Assembly: GCA_965208505.1 (NCBI GenBank)
Contig: OZ242339.1
Location: 1,407,715-1,471,714, forward strand
Direction: 5' to 3'
DNA length: 64,000 nt
Origin: Acidimicrobiales bacterium
GTDB lineage: Bacteria; Actinomycetota; Acidimicrobiia; Acidimicrobiales; Bin134
Part shown: positions 8,103 to 19,191 of the stretch, one piece after another
Position numbering within the stretch: the stretch's first letter is position 1
How the letters are laid out: every line of letters begins with the position of its first letter
The notes under the pieces: generated by a model
Seen by the model: only the letters and a program-made list of their open reading frames with translations
The model's database searches: none
What the model was told of the DNA's origin: nothing
Program-made: the position numbers and the translations under genes

Positions 8103-11100
8103 GGGCGGCCGCCATGATGGCTGTTTCGGCGTCGGTCCCAGTCCGCTCGGCTTCGGCCAGCGCACTCAACACCCGCTTGTAGTCGGTGGGCATCACCTTC
8201 ACGAACCGGTCGGCCTCAGTGGCCCAATTGGCCAAGATCCGCTCGGCCACCGTCGAGTCGGTGTTCACCATGTGCTGGCTTATGCGGTCCCGCAGCCAAT
8301 CCCGGTCGCCGTCGTCCAGGATGTCCAGATCCACCATCTCTTGGTTCACCTTGGGGGGGAATACGCCGTCGGGGTCGTATACATAGGCGACGCCGCCCGA
8401 CATTCCCGCGCCGAAGTTCCGCCCGGTGGGGCCGAGCACCACGGCCCGGCCGCCGGTCATGTACTCGCAGCCGTGGTCGCCCACACCCTCCACCACCGCC
8501 ACAGCCCCGGAGTTGCGGACGCAGAACCTCTCCCCCACCAGCCCTCGCAGGAACAGCTCGCCGCTGGTGGCGCCGTAGCCGATCACGTTGCCGGCGATCA
8601 CGTTCTCCTCGGGCGTGAATCGGGCCTGGGGGAAGGTGGTCACGATGATGCGACCGCCCGAGAGGCCCTTGCCCACATAGTCGTTGGCGTCGCCGGTGAG
8701 CTTCATGGTGATGCCCCGGGGCAAAAACGCCCCGAAGCTGTTTCCGGCCGACCCTGAGAAGTTGATGCGGATGGTGTCGTCGGGCAGGCCGTCGGCACCC
8801 CACTTGGTGGTCACGTTGTGCCCGAGCATGGTCCCCACCGTGCGGTTCACGTTGCCGATGGGCAGGTCGATCTCCACCGAGTGCCCATCCTCTAGGGCGG
8901 ACTCGGCCAAAGCAATGAGCTGCTGGTCGAGGGCGCGGTCCAGCCCATGGTCTTGGGGCTGGGTGCAGTGCCGGTCTGCATCGGGGTCGATATCGGGTGC
9001 ATACAAGATGGGCGACAGGTCGAGCCCCGACGCCTTCCAGTGGTCCACCGCATCGCTCACGTCCAAGCACTCCACTCGCCCGACGGCTTCGGCCAGAGTG
9101 CGGAATCCGAGCATGGCCAGCGTCTCGCGCACCTCTTCGGCGATGTACTCCATGAAGTTGATGACGAACTCGGGCTCGCCGGTGAACTTCTTGCGAAGTT
9201 CGGGATCTTGGGTGGCCACCCCCACCGGGCAGGTGTCCAGATGGCAGACCCGCATCATCACGCACCCCGCTACCACTAGCGGGGCGGTGGCGAATCCGAA
9301 CTCCTCTGCTCCCAGAAGTGCGGCAATCATCACATCTCGGCCCGTCTTGAGCTGGCCGTCGGTCTGCACCACGATCCGGTCTCGCAGGCGGTTCAACAGC
9401 AACGTCTGCTGGGTCTCGGCCAAACCCAGCTCCCAGGGGGTGCCCGCGTGTTTAATCGACGTCAGCGGCGAGGCCCCGGTGCCTCCGTCGTGGCCCGAGA
9501 TGAGCACCACATCAGCGTGGGCCTTGGACACACCGGCGGCCACTGTGCCCACACCCAACTCTGATACCAGCTTCACGTGGATGCGGGCCGTGGGGTTGGC
9601 GTTCTTCAGGTCGTGGATCAGCTGGGCCAGATCCTCGATGGAGTAGATGTCGTGGTGGGGCGGCGGGGAGATAAGACCCACACCGGGGGTGGAATAGCGG
9701 ACCTCGGCGATCCACGGCCAAACCTTGTGGCCGGGAAGCTGGCCACCTTCGCCCGGCTTGGCTCCCTGGGCCATTTTGATCTGGATGTCGTCGCTGTTGA
9801 CCAAATACTCGCTCGTTACACCGAACCTCCCCGAAGCAGCCTGCTTTATGGCCGAGCGGCGCAGATCGCCGTTGGGGTCGGGCACGTACCGGCGGGGATC
9901 TTCCCCTCCCTCGCCGGTGTTCGACTTTCCTCCGATGCGGTTCATGGCAATGGCCAGGGTCTCGTGGGCCTCGGCTGAGATCGATCCGTACGACATGGCC
10001 CCGGTGGAGAACCGGGTGACGATGCTGGCCACCGGCTCCACCTCCTCGATGGGAATCGGCTCTCGCACCCCGGCGCGGAACCGGAACAGCCCCCGCAATG
10101 TGGCCAGGCGCTCCGACTGGGCGTCCACCTTCTCGGTGTACTGCTTGAAGACGTCGTATCGGCCCTCCCGGGTGGCGTGCTGGAGCTTGAACACCGTCTC
10201 TGGATTGAACAGGTGATATTCGCCCTCCCGTCTCCACTGGTACTCCCCTCCCCCTTCGAGGGTTCGGTGGGCCCGCTCGTCGGGGTTCTCGGGGAAGGCG
10301 ATGCGGTGCCGAAGCCGCACCTCTTCGGCGAGCTGCGGAAAGCCGATGCCGCCGAGGCGGCTGACCGTGCCGGAGAAGCACTCACCGATAATGGGATGGC
10401 CCAGGCCGATGGCCTCGAAGATCTGCGCCCCCACGTAGGACTTCACCGTGGAGATGCCCATCTTGGACATCACCTTGAGCACGCCCTTGTCGCAGGCCTT
10501 GATGTAGTTGCGGTGGGCCTGATCCTTGTCGTCGTCTGGAGTGAAGCCGCACAGCCCCTCGTCGATCATCTGGTCGATGGTCTCGAACGCCAGATACGGG
10601 TTGACGGCGGTGGCCCCGTAGGCCTGAAGCAGGCAGATGTGGTGTACCTCGCGGGCGTCGCCGGTCTCGACCACCAGCCCGACCCGAGTGCGGGTCTTCT
10701 CCCTGATGAGGTGGTGGTGTACTGCCGCGGTGGCCAGTAGCGACGGGATCGGAGCCGAGTCGGCGTCCGCCCCTCGATCTGACAGCACGATGATGTTCTT
10801 GCCCGCGTCGATGGCCCGGCTGACCTGCTCGCGGATGCGCTGGATGGCGATCCGCAGGCCAGGCCCGCCGTCGTCCACCGCATACAGACATGGCACAACC
10901 TCGGTTGACCAATGGTCGTGGCCGTCAAGCCCGTCAACCTCCACCAGATTGGCCAGCTGCTGGTCGGTGATCACCGGGTGGGGGGTGAAAATCTGGCGGC
11001 ACGACTCGGGCTGGGGATCAAGCAGGTTGCCCTCAGGGCCCAGCCAGCCGCAGGTGGCGGTGATTATCTCCTCCCGGATGGCGTCCAGCGGAGGGTTGGT

Positions 11101-12717
11101 CACCTGGGCGAATAGCTGCTGGAAATAGTCGTACAGCAGCCGCGACCGGTTCGACAGCACCGCCACCGGGGTGTCGGTACCCATCGAGCCCAGTGCTTCC
11201 TTGCCGTCGCGGGCCATGGGGGCCAATAGGAGCTTCAGCTCTTCGTGGGTGTAGCCGAACATCTGCTGACGCACCAGCAGCGGGGTCTCTTCGGGCTCGG
11301 GCAGGGGGCGCTCCACCAGTTCGTCCAAGTCGACTTGGTTGTCGGCCAGCCACTGGCCGTAGGGATGGGCCGAGGCCAGCTTCTGCTTGATCTCGGTGTC
11401 TCGCACGATGCGACCCTCTGAGGTGTCGATCAAGAACATGCGACCAGGCTGCAAGCGGCCCTTCTCCACAATGGCCGCCGGGTCGACGTCCATCACCCCC
11501 ACCTCGGAGGCCATGATCACCAAGTCGTCGTCGGTCACCCAATAGCGGGAGGGGCGCAGGCCATTGCGGTCGAGCACCGCCCCGATGAGGGTGCCGTCGC
11601 TGAACACGATGTCGGCCGGGCCGTCCCAGGGCTCCATCAGCGAGGCGTAGTAGCGGTAGAAGGCCCTTAGCTCCGGCGACATCGACTCGTGGTTTTCCCA
11701 CGGCTCGGGGATCATCATGAGCACTGCCTGGGGCAGCGAGTATCCGCCCATGTACAAAAGCTCCAGCACCTGGTCGAAGCTGGCGGTGTCGCTCACCCCC
11801 TCGGGGCAAACCGGGAACAGCCGCTCCAAGTCGCCGGGCAGGTGGGGCGAGCTCAACAAGGCCTCACGGGTCCGCATCCAGTTGCGGTTGCCCTGCACTG
11901 TGTTGATCTCGCCGTTGTGGGAGATGAACCGGTAGGGATGGGCCAGCGACCACGATGGGAACGTGTTGGTGGAGAACCGGGAGTGGATCATGGCCAGGGC
12001 GCTGGTCACCCGGTTGTCGCCCAGATCGGAGTAGAACTCGCCGAGCTGCGGGGTGGTGAGCATCCCCTTGTAGACGATGGTCCGGTTGGACAGGCTGGCG
12101 AAGTAGCCATAGGTCAGCTTGCGGGCCTTGGACCCCAGAGCGCCGGCATCGGCCTGGTCGTCGGTCTCGTAGGTGACCTCGTTGCGGATCCGGGTGCGAA
12201 CGATATAAGCCCGTCGCATCAGCGCATCAGCGTCCAGACCTTCGCCGGAATAGAACGGCTGCCAGAACGACGGCATGGTGGCCAGCGCACCCGCTCCCAG
12301 CTCATCGGGGCAGGTGGGCACCTCCCGCCATCCCAGTGGGGTCAGTCCCTCCTCGACGGCAATGCGGTCCATCGCTGCCCGGGCGTGGGCCGCGGCCTCA
12401 GGGGTGTCGGGGAGAAAGCCGATGCCGGTGGCGTAGGCGCCCGCCTCCGGCAGGTCGAAGTCGCAGACCTGGCGGTAGAAGTCGTCGGGCACCTGGATCA
12501 ACAGGCCCGCCCCATCACCCGTATTGACTTCTGCCCCCAGCGCGCCCCGATGCTGGAGATTGCACAGCGCGCCGTAACCGACCGATACGATCTCGTGGCG
12601 CGGCCGGCCCTTCAGGTCCACCAGGAACCCGACCCCGCAACCGTCATGCTCATTAAGGGGGTCGTAGAGGCCCTGAGGGTGTGGCAGTTCGGCGGTCTGC
12701 GGCGGCCGGTTCCTCAT
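8095..12717 (-). CDS. gltB: Glutamate synthase large (alpha) subunit
   Basis: 1540 aa. N-terminal CGVGF amidotransferase start, FMN and 3Fe-4S region, C-terminal GXGXG beta-helix repeats. Confidence 0.97.
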   Translation of the reverse strand: MRNRPPQTAELPHPQGLYDPLNEHDGCGVGFLVDLKGRPRHEIVSVGYGALCNLQHRGALGAEVNTGDGAGLLIQVPDDFYRQVCDFDLPEAGAYATGIGFLPDTPEAAAHARAAMDRIAVEEGLTPLGWREVPTCPDELGAGALATMPSFWQPFYSGEGLDADALMRRAYIVRTRIRNEVTYETDDQADAGALGSKARKLTYGYFASLSNRTIVYKGMLTTPQLGEFYSDLGDNRVTSALAMIHSRFSTNTFPSWSLAHPYRFISHNGEINTVQGNRNWMRTREALLSSPHLPGDLERLFPVCPEGVSDTASFDQVLELLYMGGYSLPQAVLMMIPEPWENHESMSPELRAFYRYYASLMEPWDGPADIVFSDGTLIGAVLDRNGLRPSRYWVTDDDLVIMASEVGVMDVDPAAIVEKGRLQPGRMFLIDTSEGRIVRDTEIKQKLASAHPYGQWLADNQVDLDELVERPLPEPEETPLLVRQQMFGYTHEELKLLLAPMARDGKEALGSMGTDTPVAVLSNRSRLLYDYFQQLFAQVTNPPLDAIREEIITATCGWLGPEGNLLDPQPESCRQIFTPHPVITDQQLANLVEVDGLDGHDHWSTEVVPCLYAVDDGGPGLRIAIQRIREQVSRAIDAGKNIIVLSDRGADADSAPIPSLLATAAVHHHLIREKTRTRVGLVVETGDAREVHHICLLQAYGATAVNPYLAFETIDQMIDEGLCGFTPDDDKDQAHRNYIKACDKGVLKVMSKMGISTVKSYVGAQIFEAIGLGHPIIGECFSGTVSRLGGIGFPQLAEEVRLRHRIAFPENPDERAHRTLEGGGEYQWRREGEYHLFNPETVFKLQHATREGRYDVFKQYTEKVDAQSERLATLRGLFRFRAGVREPIPIEEVEPVASIVTRFSTGAMSYGSISAEAHETLAIAMNRIGGKSNTGEGGEDPRRYVPDPNGDLRRSAIKQAASGRFGVTSEYLVNSDDIQIKMAQGAKPGEGGQLPGHKVWPWIAEVRYSTPGVGLISPPPHHDIYSIEDLAQLIHDLKNANPTARIHVKLVSELGVGTVAAGVSKAHADVVLISGHDGGTGASPLTSIKHAGTPWELGLAETQQTLLLNRLRDRIVVQTDGQLKTGRDVMIAALLGAEEFGFATAPLVVAGCVMMRVCHLDTCPVGVATQDPELRKKFTGEPEFVINFMEYIAEEVRETLAMLGFRTLAEAVGRVECLDVSDAVDHWKASGLDLSPILYAPDIDPDADRHCTQPQDHGLDRALDQQLIALAESALEDGHSVEIDLPIGNVNRTVGTMLGHNVTTKWGADGLPDDTIRINFSGSAGNSFGAFLPRGITMKLTGDANDYVGKGLSGGRIIVTTFPQARFTPEENVIAGNVIGYGATSGELFLRGLVGERFCVRNSGAVAVVEGVGDHGCEYMTGGRAVVLGPTGRNFGAGMSGGVAYVYDPDGVFPPKVNQEMVDLDILDDGDRDWLRDRISQHMVNTDSTVAERILANWATEADRFVKVMPTDYKRVLSALAEAERTGTDAETAIMAAAHG

Positions 12718-12853
12718 TGCGTCCTTTCCAGCGTGTTTGCCATGCGCGCTAAGACAGCATTGGCCAGCGGCAGGGTTGCAATTTTATCGCCGCAACCCGG
12801 TTCCCTTCCAAGTCTGTTGCGCACCACGGGGGGCGGAGGTGCATGATTGCAGG

Positions 12854-14146
12854 GTGGATTCGCCTGTTGAAGATGGGGCCGGAGTGGCTGAAGAAGCCCA
12901 AGGTTGGAGTATCGAGGGGCTTCTCGCCTCCATCGATGCCTCTCCGACACCGTTTCATGTGGTGGAGCGGGCCGCTGCCCTGCTGCGGGCCGCGGGGTTC
13001 ACCCAGATGGACGAGGCCGCCGACTGGGATGACGCTTCTGGGAGCCGTTTCGCGTGCCGGGACGGAAGCCTGGTTGCTTGGCGCCACCGAAGCTGCGAAG
13101 AGGGCTTCCGAATCATCGGCGCCCACACCGACAGCCCCAACCTGCGCATCACCCCCCAGCCCGATACCGGCCATGTCGGCTACCGCCAACTCGGCGTAGA
13201 GGTGTACGGCGGAGTACTGCTCAACAGCTGGCTCGACCGCGACCTAGGGGTGGCCGGCCGGGTGGCAACCCCATCGGGAACCAGGCTGTTCTGCATCGAC
13301 CAGGCGGTGCTGCGAGTGCCACAGCTGGCCATCCACCTTGACCGGGACGTGAACCAGAAGGGCCTGCTGCTCAACCCCCAGACCCATCTGACACCAGTGT
13401 GGGGGCTGGGGATGCGTTCTCCCGGCGAGTTCGCCGACGTGGTCGCCGAGGCCACCGGTCTCGGTTCCGACGAGGTGCTGGCCTGGGACGCCATGCTCCA
13501 CGACCTCACTCCATCGACGGTCGGCGGTCTCGACGGCGAGTTCATATTCGCCCCGCGGATCGACAATCAGGTGTCGTGCTGGGCCGGGCTCCAGGCCCTG
13601 CTCGATTCCCCCGCCGACGCGGTTCCCAGTGCGGTGCTGTGCTTGTTCGACCACGAGGAGGTGGGCAGTGAGTCGGCCCAGGGAGCCTCGTCAACGCTGC
13701 TGCCCACGGTGTTGGAGCGGGTCGCCGGCAGCCGCGACGCCCTGCACCCCGCGCTGGCCCGTTCGCTGTGCCTGTCGGCGGACGGCGCACACGCCACCCA
13801 CCCCAACTATCCCGAGCGCCACGAGCCTGAACACCTCATCACCATGGGCGACGGGCCGGTGATCAAGCGCAACGCCAACCTGCGCTACGCCACCGACGCG
13901 GTGGGCGAGGCCGCTTTCGCCGCCGCCTGCGAGAAGGCCGGTGTGAACCACCAGGTGTATTCCCACCGAAACGATATGCCCTGCGGCAGTACCATCGGGC
14001 CCTTTGCCGCCGCCAACACCGGGGTGACCACCGTTGACGCCGGTGTCGCCCAGCTCTCTATGCACTCAGCCCGCGAGATGTGCGGTGCTCAAGATCCCCT
14101 TGACTTCGCGCTCGCCCTCGGAGCATTCCTGAGTGCCGCGACCTGA
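12854..14146 (+). CDS. M18-family aspartyl aminopeptidase
   Basis: SPTPFHVV, IGAHTDSPNLRI, FDHEEVGS and SADGAHATHPNYPE motifs. The track start 12737 is probably too early; GTG 12854 lies after GGCGGAGG, but the start remains uncertain. Confidence 0.85.
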   Translation: MDSPVEDGAGVAEEAQGWSIEGLLASIDASPTPFHVVERAAALLRAAGFTQMDEAADWDDASGSRFACRDGSLVAWRHRSCEEGFRIIGAHTDSPNLRITPQPDTGHVGYRQLGVEVYGGVLLNSWLDRDLGVAGRVATPSGTRLFCIDQAVLRVPQLAIHLDRDVNQKGLLLNPQTHLTPVWGLGMRSPGEFADVVAEATGLGSDEVLAWDAMLHDLTPSTVGGLDGEFIFAPRIDNQVSCWAGLQALLDSPADAVPSAVLCLFDHEEVGSESAQGASSTLLPTVLERVAGSRDALHPALARSLCLSADGAHATHPNYPERHEPEHLITMGDGPVIKRNANLRYATDAVGEAAFAAACEKAGVNHQVYSHRNDMPCGSTIGPFAAANTGVTTVDAGVAQLSMHSAREMCGAQDPLDFALALGAFLSAAT

Positions 14147-14175
14147 CCTTGGTTCAGGTTGTATTCGCCCCTGCT

Positions 14176-15756
14176 CTAGTGTCGCAGCTTTACTCGAGAA
14201 ACTCGCCGGGCCCGCTCGTAGGCCGACACCAACACCAAGAAGATGGCAAAGAACTCCAGGCGGCCGATGAGCATGAGCGCCATCACAACCCCTCGGGCCG
14301 GACGGGTGAACACCAGGAAATTGGAGGTCGGCCCGGCTTCGCCCAAAGCCGGTCCCATGTTGCTCAACGCGCTGATGGCCGTAGACGAGGAGGTGACCAG
14401 GTCATGGCCCAGCGCGGCCAGCACCATGGTGGCCGCCAGCGCGGACAACGCGTAGAGGGCCACCAGCCCCGCCACCCGCTGAAGCACCGGCTCGGACACT
14501 GCCACTTGACCCAGCTTGACCCTGGCCACTACCTGAGGGTGCTTCACCCGCAACAGCCCCACCCGCATGTACTTTGCCATCACCTGGGCTCGCAGCACCT
14601 TCAGCCCTCCGGCAGTACTCCCCGTCATGCCCCCCATCACCATCAAGGGCAGCAACAGGGCTTGAGCACCCGGCGCCCAAGCCGCGAAATCACCCCCCGG
14701 ATTGGCGTCGGAGGCGTTGCCGAAACCACTGCTGGTGCTCAGAGCGACCGCGGCGAAGATCCCATTGCGGAAGCTGTTGGACAATTCGGTCAGGTCGTTC
14801 ACCCAATTGAGCAGTGACGTAGAAACCGTTGCCACCGCGATTACCAAGAGATAGGTGCGGAACTCCGAAGACCTCCCATAAGCCTGGGGATTGCCCGACA
14901 CGGCCCGCCAATGAAGGGTGAAGCTCACCCCGCACACCAGCATCCCGACGATGACCACGGCCTCCACCGCCGTGCTGTCGAAGTGGCCGACGGAGCTGTC
15001 GTATGGCGAGAAGCCCCCGGTGCCGGCGATGGTGAAGGCGTGGGCCACCGCGTCGTACAGGCTGAGTCTGGCGATCATCAGGGCTGCCGCCACCGCTACG
15101 GTGATGCCGCCGTAGAGCGCCCACAGCCGCCGGGCGGTAGAGCTCACTCGGGGGGCCAGTCGGTCCGAGGTAGGCCCAGGAGCCTCCGCGGTGATCAGGC
15201 TCAGCCCGCCGACGCCCAAGAACGGCAGAATGGTTACCGCCAGCACTACCATGCCCATGCCGCCGTACCACTGCATGATCTGGCGCCACATGAGCACGCC
15301 CCGGCCCACCCCCTCGATGGGACTCAGCACCGTGGAGCCGGTGGCAGTGATGCCCGACACCGCTTCGAAAAGGGCGTTGTCGAAGCTGCCCAGCTCGCCG
15401 GAGAACCACAGCGGCAAAGCGGCGAAAAACGACGAGCCGATCCACGTCCATGCCACCGCCGCGAACACGGAGGCCGGAGGCATGTCCTGGTCGAGACGAG
15501 TGAAGGCCACCAACAGCATTCCCGCAGCCAGCGTCACCAGCGCCCCCAAGCCCAGGGCCACCTCGTTGTCCGACGTCGACGACCCCCACTCCACCAGGGT
15601 GGCGAAGAGCATCCCCGGCACCAGGAATAACAGGCCTAACCCCACCATGAACCCCACCCGGCTGGTGACGGTCCAAGGCCGATCCGCTAGCAGGTGGTAC
15701 ACAGCCCACTTCACAGCCACCTTCACTCGCCGGGCCGCCGACAGCACCGCAGTCAT
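14176..15756 (-). CDS. trkH: TrkH/KtrB-family potassium transporter membrane subunit
   Basis: 526 aa polytopic protein with repeated M1-P-M2 style segments (TATGSTV, SSGFG, TGSTAGGLK). Confidence 0.85.
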   Translation of the reverse strand: MTAVLSAARRVKVAVKWAVYHLLADRPWTVTSRVGFMVGLGLLFLVPGMLFATLVEWGSSTSDNEVALGLGALVTLAAGMLLVAFTRLDQDMPPASVFAAVAWTWIGSSFFAALPLWFSGELGSFDNALFEAVSGITATGSTVLSPIEGVGRGVLMWRQIMQWYGGMGMVVLAVTILPFLGVGGLSLITAEAPGPTSDRLAPRVSSTARRLWALYGGITVAVAAALMIARLSLYDAVAHAFTIAGTGGFSPYDSSVGHFDSTAVEAVVIVGMLVCGVSFTLHWRAVSGNPQAYGRSSEFRTYLLVIAVATVSTSLLNWVNDLTELSNSFRNGIFAAVALSTSSGFGNASDANPGGDFAAWAPGAQALLLPLMVMGGMTGSTAGGLKVLRAQVMAKYMRVGLLRVKHPQVVARVKLGQVAVSEPVLQRVAGLVALYALSALAATMVLAALGHDLVTSSSTAISALSNMGPALGEAGPTSNFLVFTRPARGVVMALMLIGRLEFFAIFLVLVSAYERARRVSRVKLRH

Positions 15757-15766
15757 CGCTGGGCCT

Positions 15767-17065
15767 TCATTGCCTCATCCGCTGGACCTCACCCACACCC
15801 CAGCCGATCACCACCACCACCGGGTAGATCGATAGCCGGCCGAGGAACATCAGCGCGATCAGCACCGCCCGGGCCGGGGCGGCCAATACGGTGGCATCGG
15901 CGAACCCCGACAGCTCGCCCAGCCCGGGGCCGGTGGTGGCCAGCGCTGATATCGCCCCTGACACCGCGGTCAGCAGGTCGCCGCCCAGCGAGGCGACGCC
16001 AAACACCCCCAGCGAGGCGGCCAGCACCCACAGAATCTGGAAGTTGTGGACCCGGGTGAGCGACGCCTCCGAAGCCGCCGCTCCCGACACCTTCACTTGT
16101 ACAACCGCCCGGGGGTGGAGCTGCAATACCAATTCCCGCCGCACGATGCCCAAGAGCTGGATCACCCGGAGCACCCGGAACCCGCCCCCCGCCGAGCCGG
16201 CCATCGAACCTACCCCGATGAGCATGAGCAGCAATGTCTGGGGTGCCGTTACCCAATGGCCCCAATCGGTGACCCGGAAGCCTGTGGTGCTAATTGCCGA
16301 GGTGACCGTGAAAAACGATTGCCGGATGGTGTCGGCTCCCCCGCCGGTGTCCTGCCAGGTCCAGGCGGACACCAGAACCGTGGGAACTAGTATCAAACCG
16401 GCGTAGAGCTTCACTTCCGTCGAACGCCAAAGCGCCTGCACTTGTCCCCGCACAATCCATATCAACGCGGCCACCGACATGCCGGCCAGCCCCATCGCCC
16501 AAGCCCCCACCCACTCGATGGCCGCCGAGTCGAAGTGTGCGAAGGAGTTCCGGTAATTGGCGAACCCCCCGGTAGAGGCGGTGGTCAAGCCGAAGGTGGC
16601 GGCGTCGAACATGCCCATGCCAGCTGCGGCGTAGGCCACAATTACCACCGCGGTGAACCCCACATAGGCCAGCACCAATCGGCGGGAGGTGTGCAGCCAT
16701 GTGCTGGCCAGCACCGCCCTCCTCCCCCTCCCCTCGGCCACCTCGCTCAAGCGCCGCTGGCCTCCAAAAGTGGGCACTACCACCAGTGCGAACATTAAGG
16801 CGCCCGCTCCCCCCAGCCACTGGGTGAGTGCCCGCCAGGTGAGCAGCCAGTTAGGAAGGGTTTCGGGGTCGAGCACGGTGAGCGAGGTGGTGGTGAGCCC
16901 GGCAATGGATTCGAAGAGGGCATCGTCGACGCGGCTCACCTTGCCGGAGGCCAGATAGACGATGGATGATGCCGCTACCGATACGGCGGCCGCGGCCACC
17001 ACGGTTGTCAACACCCTGACTGCGGAGCGATGCCAGGGAAAGCGAACCCGGGACGGGTCGCTCAT
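15767..17065 (-). CDS. trkH: TrkH/KtrB-family potassium transporter membrane subunit (second paralog)
   Basis: 432 aa polytopic protein with TASTGGF, STTGF, AGSAGGGFRV and TTGPGLG selectivity-filter-like repeats. Confidence 0.85.
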   Translation of the reverse strand: MSDPSRVRFPWHRSAVRVLTTVVAAAAVSVAASSIVYLASGKVSRVDDALFESIAGLTTTSLTVLDPETLPNWLLTWRALTQWLGGAGALMFALVVVPTFGGQRRLSEVAEGRGRRAVLASTWLHTSRRLVLAYVGFTAVVIVAYAAAGMGMFDAATFGLTTASTGGFANYRNSFAHFDSAAIEWVGAWAMGLAGMSVAALIWIVRGQVQALWRSTEVKLYAGLILVPTVLVSAWTWQDTGGGADTIRQSFFTVTSAISTTGFRVTDWGHWVTAPQTLLLMLIGVGSMAGSAGGGFRVLRVIQLLGIVRRELVLQLHPRAVVQVKVSGAAASEASLTRVHNFQILWVLAASLGVFGVASLGGDLLTAVSGAISALATTGPGLGELSGFADATVLAAPARAVLIALMFLGRLSIYPVVVVIGWGVGEVQRMRQ

Positions 17066-17072
17066 GCCCGGC

Positions 17073-18416
17073 TCACCCGAAGAAGCGCTTCACTTCGTCC
17101 ACCGTGTCGGGACGGGCAAAAACCACGATGTGGTCGCGGCTTCGGAGCGCGCTGCGGCCCCGGCCGATTTGAGGTTTGCCGTCGCGCACGTACGCGCCGA
17201 TCAGCACGTCTTTGGGCAGGCCCAGCTTGCTCACCACTGCGCCCTCGGCCGGTGAGCCCTCCTTCACCTCGGCCTCGATGACCTCGAAATCGCCCGACAG
17301 GTAGGTGGCCACCTGGGCCACCCCTCCCCGCACATAGCGCAGCACGCCGTTGGCGCTGGCTGTGCGGGGCGATAGGGCCACATCGATTCCCACATCCCGC
17401 AGCAGCGTGCGCAGCGCCAGGTTGTGAAGCACGGCAATGGTCTCGCTGGCTCCCAGCGACTTGGCGTAGAGGCAGGCCAGGATATTGGCGTCGTCCTTGC
17501 CGGTTAGGGCGATGACCGCGTCGAATTTGCCGACGTCCTCGGATTCCAACAATTCGGCGTCGGTTATGTCGCCGTGGATCACCAGCACGCCATCGAGGTC
17601 TTCGCTGAGCTCTTGGGCTCGCTCCAGGTTGCGCTCGATGAGCACCACCTCGGCGTGGCGCTCAGCAAGGCGCTGCCCAACGATCTCCGCTGTCCGACCC
17701 CCGCCCAACAGCATCACCCGGCGGTGGGAGCCCGACGCCAAGCCCAAAAGCGGCAGCAGGGTGTCCATGGCCCGCCTCTTGCATACCACCCGCAAGAGGT
17801 CGCCGGGCTCCAGGGTAGTGTCGGCTCGGGGGATTCGGGTCTTGCCCCCTCGGGTGAGCACCGCTACCAGAAAGTTCCAGTCGGGCTCGTACTCTTCGGC
17901 GATGTCGGCCAGCCGGCGATTGGCCCAAGGGGCGTCGGTCGTGAGCTTCGCCCCTACCACCACCACCTCGCCCTCAGCCATAACGGTCACATCGGTGGCT
18001 CCCGGGTACGACAGGAGTTCCATGATTTCGTGGGCGGTCTCCTCGTCAGGATCAATAATCGTGTCGGCCTGCATCGCATCCCGCAGATCGCGGGCGTCCT
18101 TCTCCCTCAGGTTTCGGGCTTGGATGCGAGCCATAGTGCGCTCCACCCCGTGCTGTTTGGCCAATAGGCAGGCCAACAGATTCACCTCGTCGCTGGCCGT
18201 GACCGCCACCAGCAGATCAGCCTTGTGGATGCCCGCCTCCCTGAGTATGTGGGGATGGGAGCCGCTTCCCTCCACGGCCAGTACGTCAAGTTCCTCTGCC
18301 AGGTGGTGCAGTTTCTTGGCGTCGAGTTCCACCACCGACACCGTGTTCCCCTCCTCGCTCAGAATCTGAGCAACGTAGGAACCCACCTCGCCAGCGCCCA
18401 CTACCACGATGCGCAC
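17073..18416 (-). CDS. trkA: Trk system NAD-binding regulatory subunit (two RCK modules)
   Basis: VRIVVVGAGEVG and a second RVMLLGGGRTAE Rossmann motif. Start moved to GTG 18416, preceded by AAGGAT. Confidence 0.9.
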   Translation of the reverse strand: MRIVVVGAGEVGSYVAQILSEEGNTVSVVELDAKKLHHLAEELDVLAVEGSGSHPHILREAGIHKADLLVAVTASDEVNLLACLLAKQHGVERTMARIQARNLREKDARDLRDAMQADTIIDPDEETAHEIMELLSYPGATDVTVMAEGEVVVVGAKLTTDAPWANRRLADIAEEYEPDWNFLVAVLTRGGKTRIPRADTTLEPGDLLRVVCKRRAMDTLLPLLGLASGSHRRVMLLGGGRTAEIVGQRLAERHAEVVLIERNLERAQELSEDLDGVLVIHGDITDAELLESEDVGKFDAVIALTGKDDANILACLYAKSLGASETIAVLHNLALRTLLRDVGIDVALSPRTASANGVLRYVRGGVAQVATYLSGDFEVIEAEVKEGSPAEGAVVSKLGLPKDVLIGAYVRDGKPQIGRGRSALRSRDHIVVFARPDTVDEVKRFFG

Positions 18417-18482
18417 GGGTTTATCCTTGCCGAAAATGAGGGAGAGGGCGAGCACTCCCGAGAGATAGGGCTTCGCCAACCA

Positions 18483-19088
18483 TCAGGCTCGGGACCGACG
18501 GGACAGGCTGGAGCTGAACACCCGCACCCGCTGCTCGGTGACCACCGCGTCCATGATCACATCGCCAGGATGGGACGGCACTGCGTCCACCAACTGCAAT
18601 TCGTAGGCCAGTCCCACCACCAGTGGCTTCGCCGGCCGGGGGCCGTTCAGCAGGAAGGCCAGCGCCCGGTCGTAGTACCCCTGGCCCCGGCCCGCCCGAT
18701 GGCCGGCCGCGTCGAACACAACCAACGGAGCCAGCACCACATCCAGTTCTCGGGCCGATACCAGGGCTTCGGCTTCGACATCGGGCTCGGGGATCCCGAA
18801 GCGATTGTCCACCATGGCGGTATCGGGACCGGCAAGGGCGAACTGCATGGGGGCGGGATCGCGCAACACCGGGAAGTACATATCGATCCCCCTAAGGCGG
18901 CAGGCAGTCACCAGCGGCGCAGGATCGAGTTCGCCGTCATCGGCTATCGTGGCCGAAACCCGCTTCACTCCGTCGAGCCACCCGAGTGACGTCACTGCGT
19001 TGCACACCGCTCGCGCCGCGCCTTCAGGATTAGGGAATAAGCGCCGCGCCTCCCGGGCATCGGTCCGCAACCGGCTGAGGCTGACCAC
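18483..19088 (-). CDS. 5-formyltetrahydrofolate cyclo-ligase
   Basis: VLAPLVVFDAAGHRAGRGQGYYDR signature; 201 aa. Confidence 0.8.
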   Translation of the reverse strand: MVSLSRLRTDAREARRLFPNPEGAARAVCNAVTSLGWLDGVKRVSATIADDGELDPAPLVTACRLRGIDMYFPVLRDPAPMQFALAGPDTAMVDNRFGIPEPDVEAEALVSARELDVVLAPLVVFDAAGHRAGRGQGYYDRALAFLLNGPRPAKPLVVGLAYELQLVDAVPSHPGDVIMDAVVTEQRVRVFSSSLSRRSRA

Positions 19089-19191
19089 GGTTCCAGATTA
19101 TCCCGAATTACCCGAAATTGGTTACCCCAAATGGCAACCTTGGCAGGTCGTATTTTCGCTGGGTAACTTCGCCTAGTTATCTCATACATGG

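Noticed and set aside
8216-9265. Long ORFs antisense to or frame-shifted within gltB and other genes, with Arg/Pro/Gly-rich translations. Examples: 8216-9265, 9512-10381, 11689-12846, 14690-15709, 41657-42532, 43172-44143, 61125-62294, 62803-63519.
   Set aside because: This is typical high-GC shadow ORF composition with no motifs, and each one fully overlaps a gene with strong family signatures on another frame or strand.
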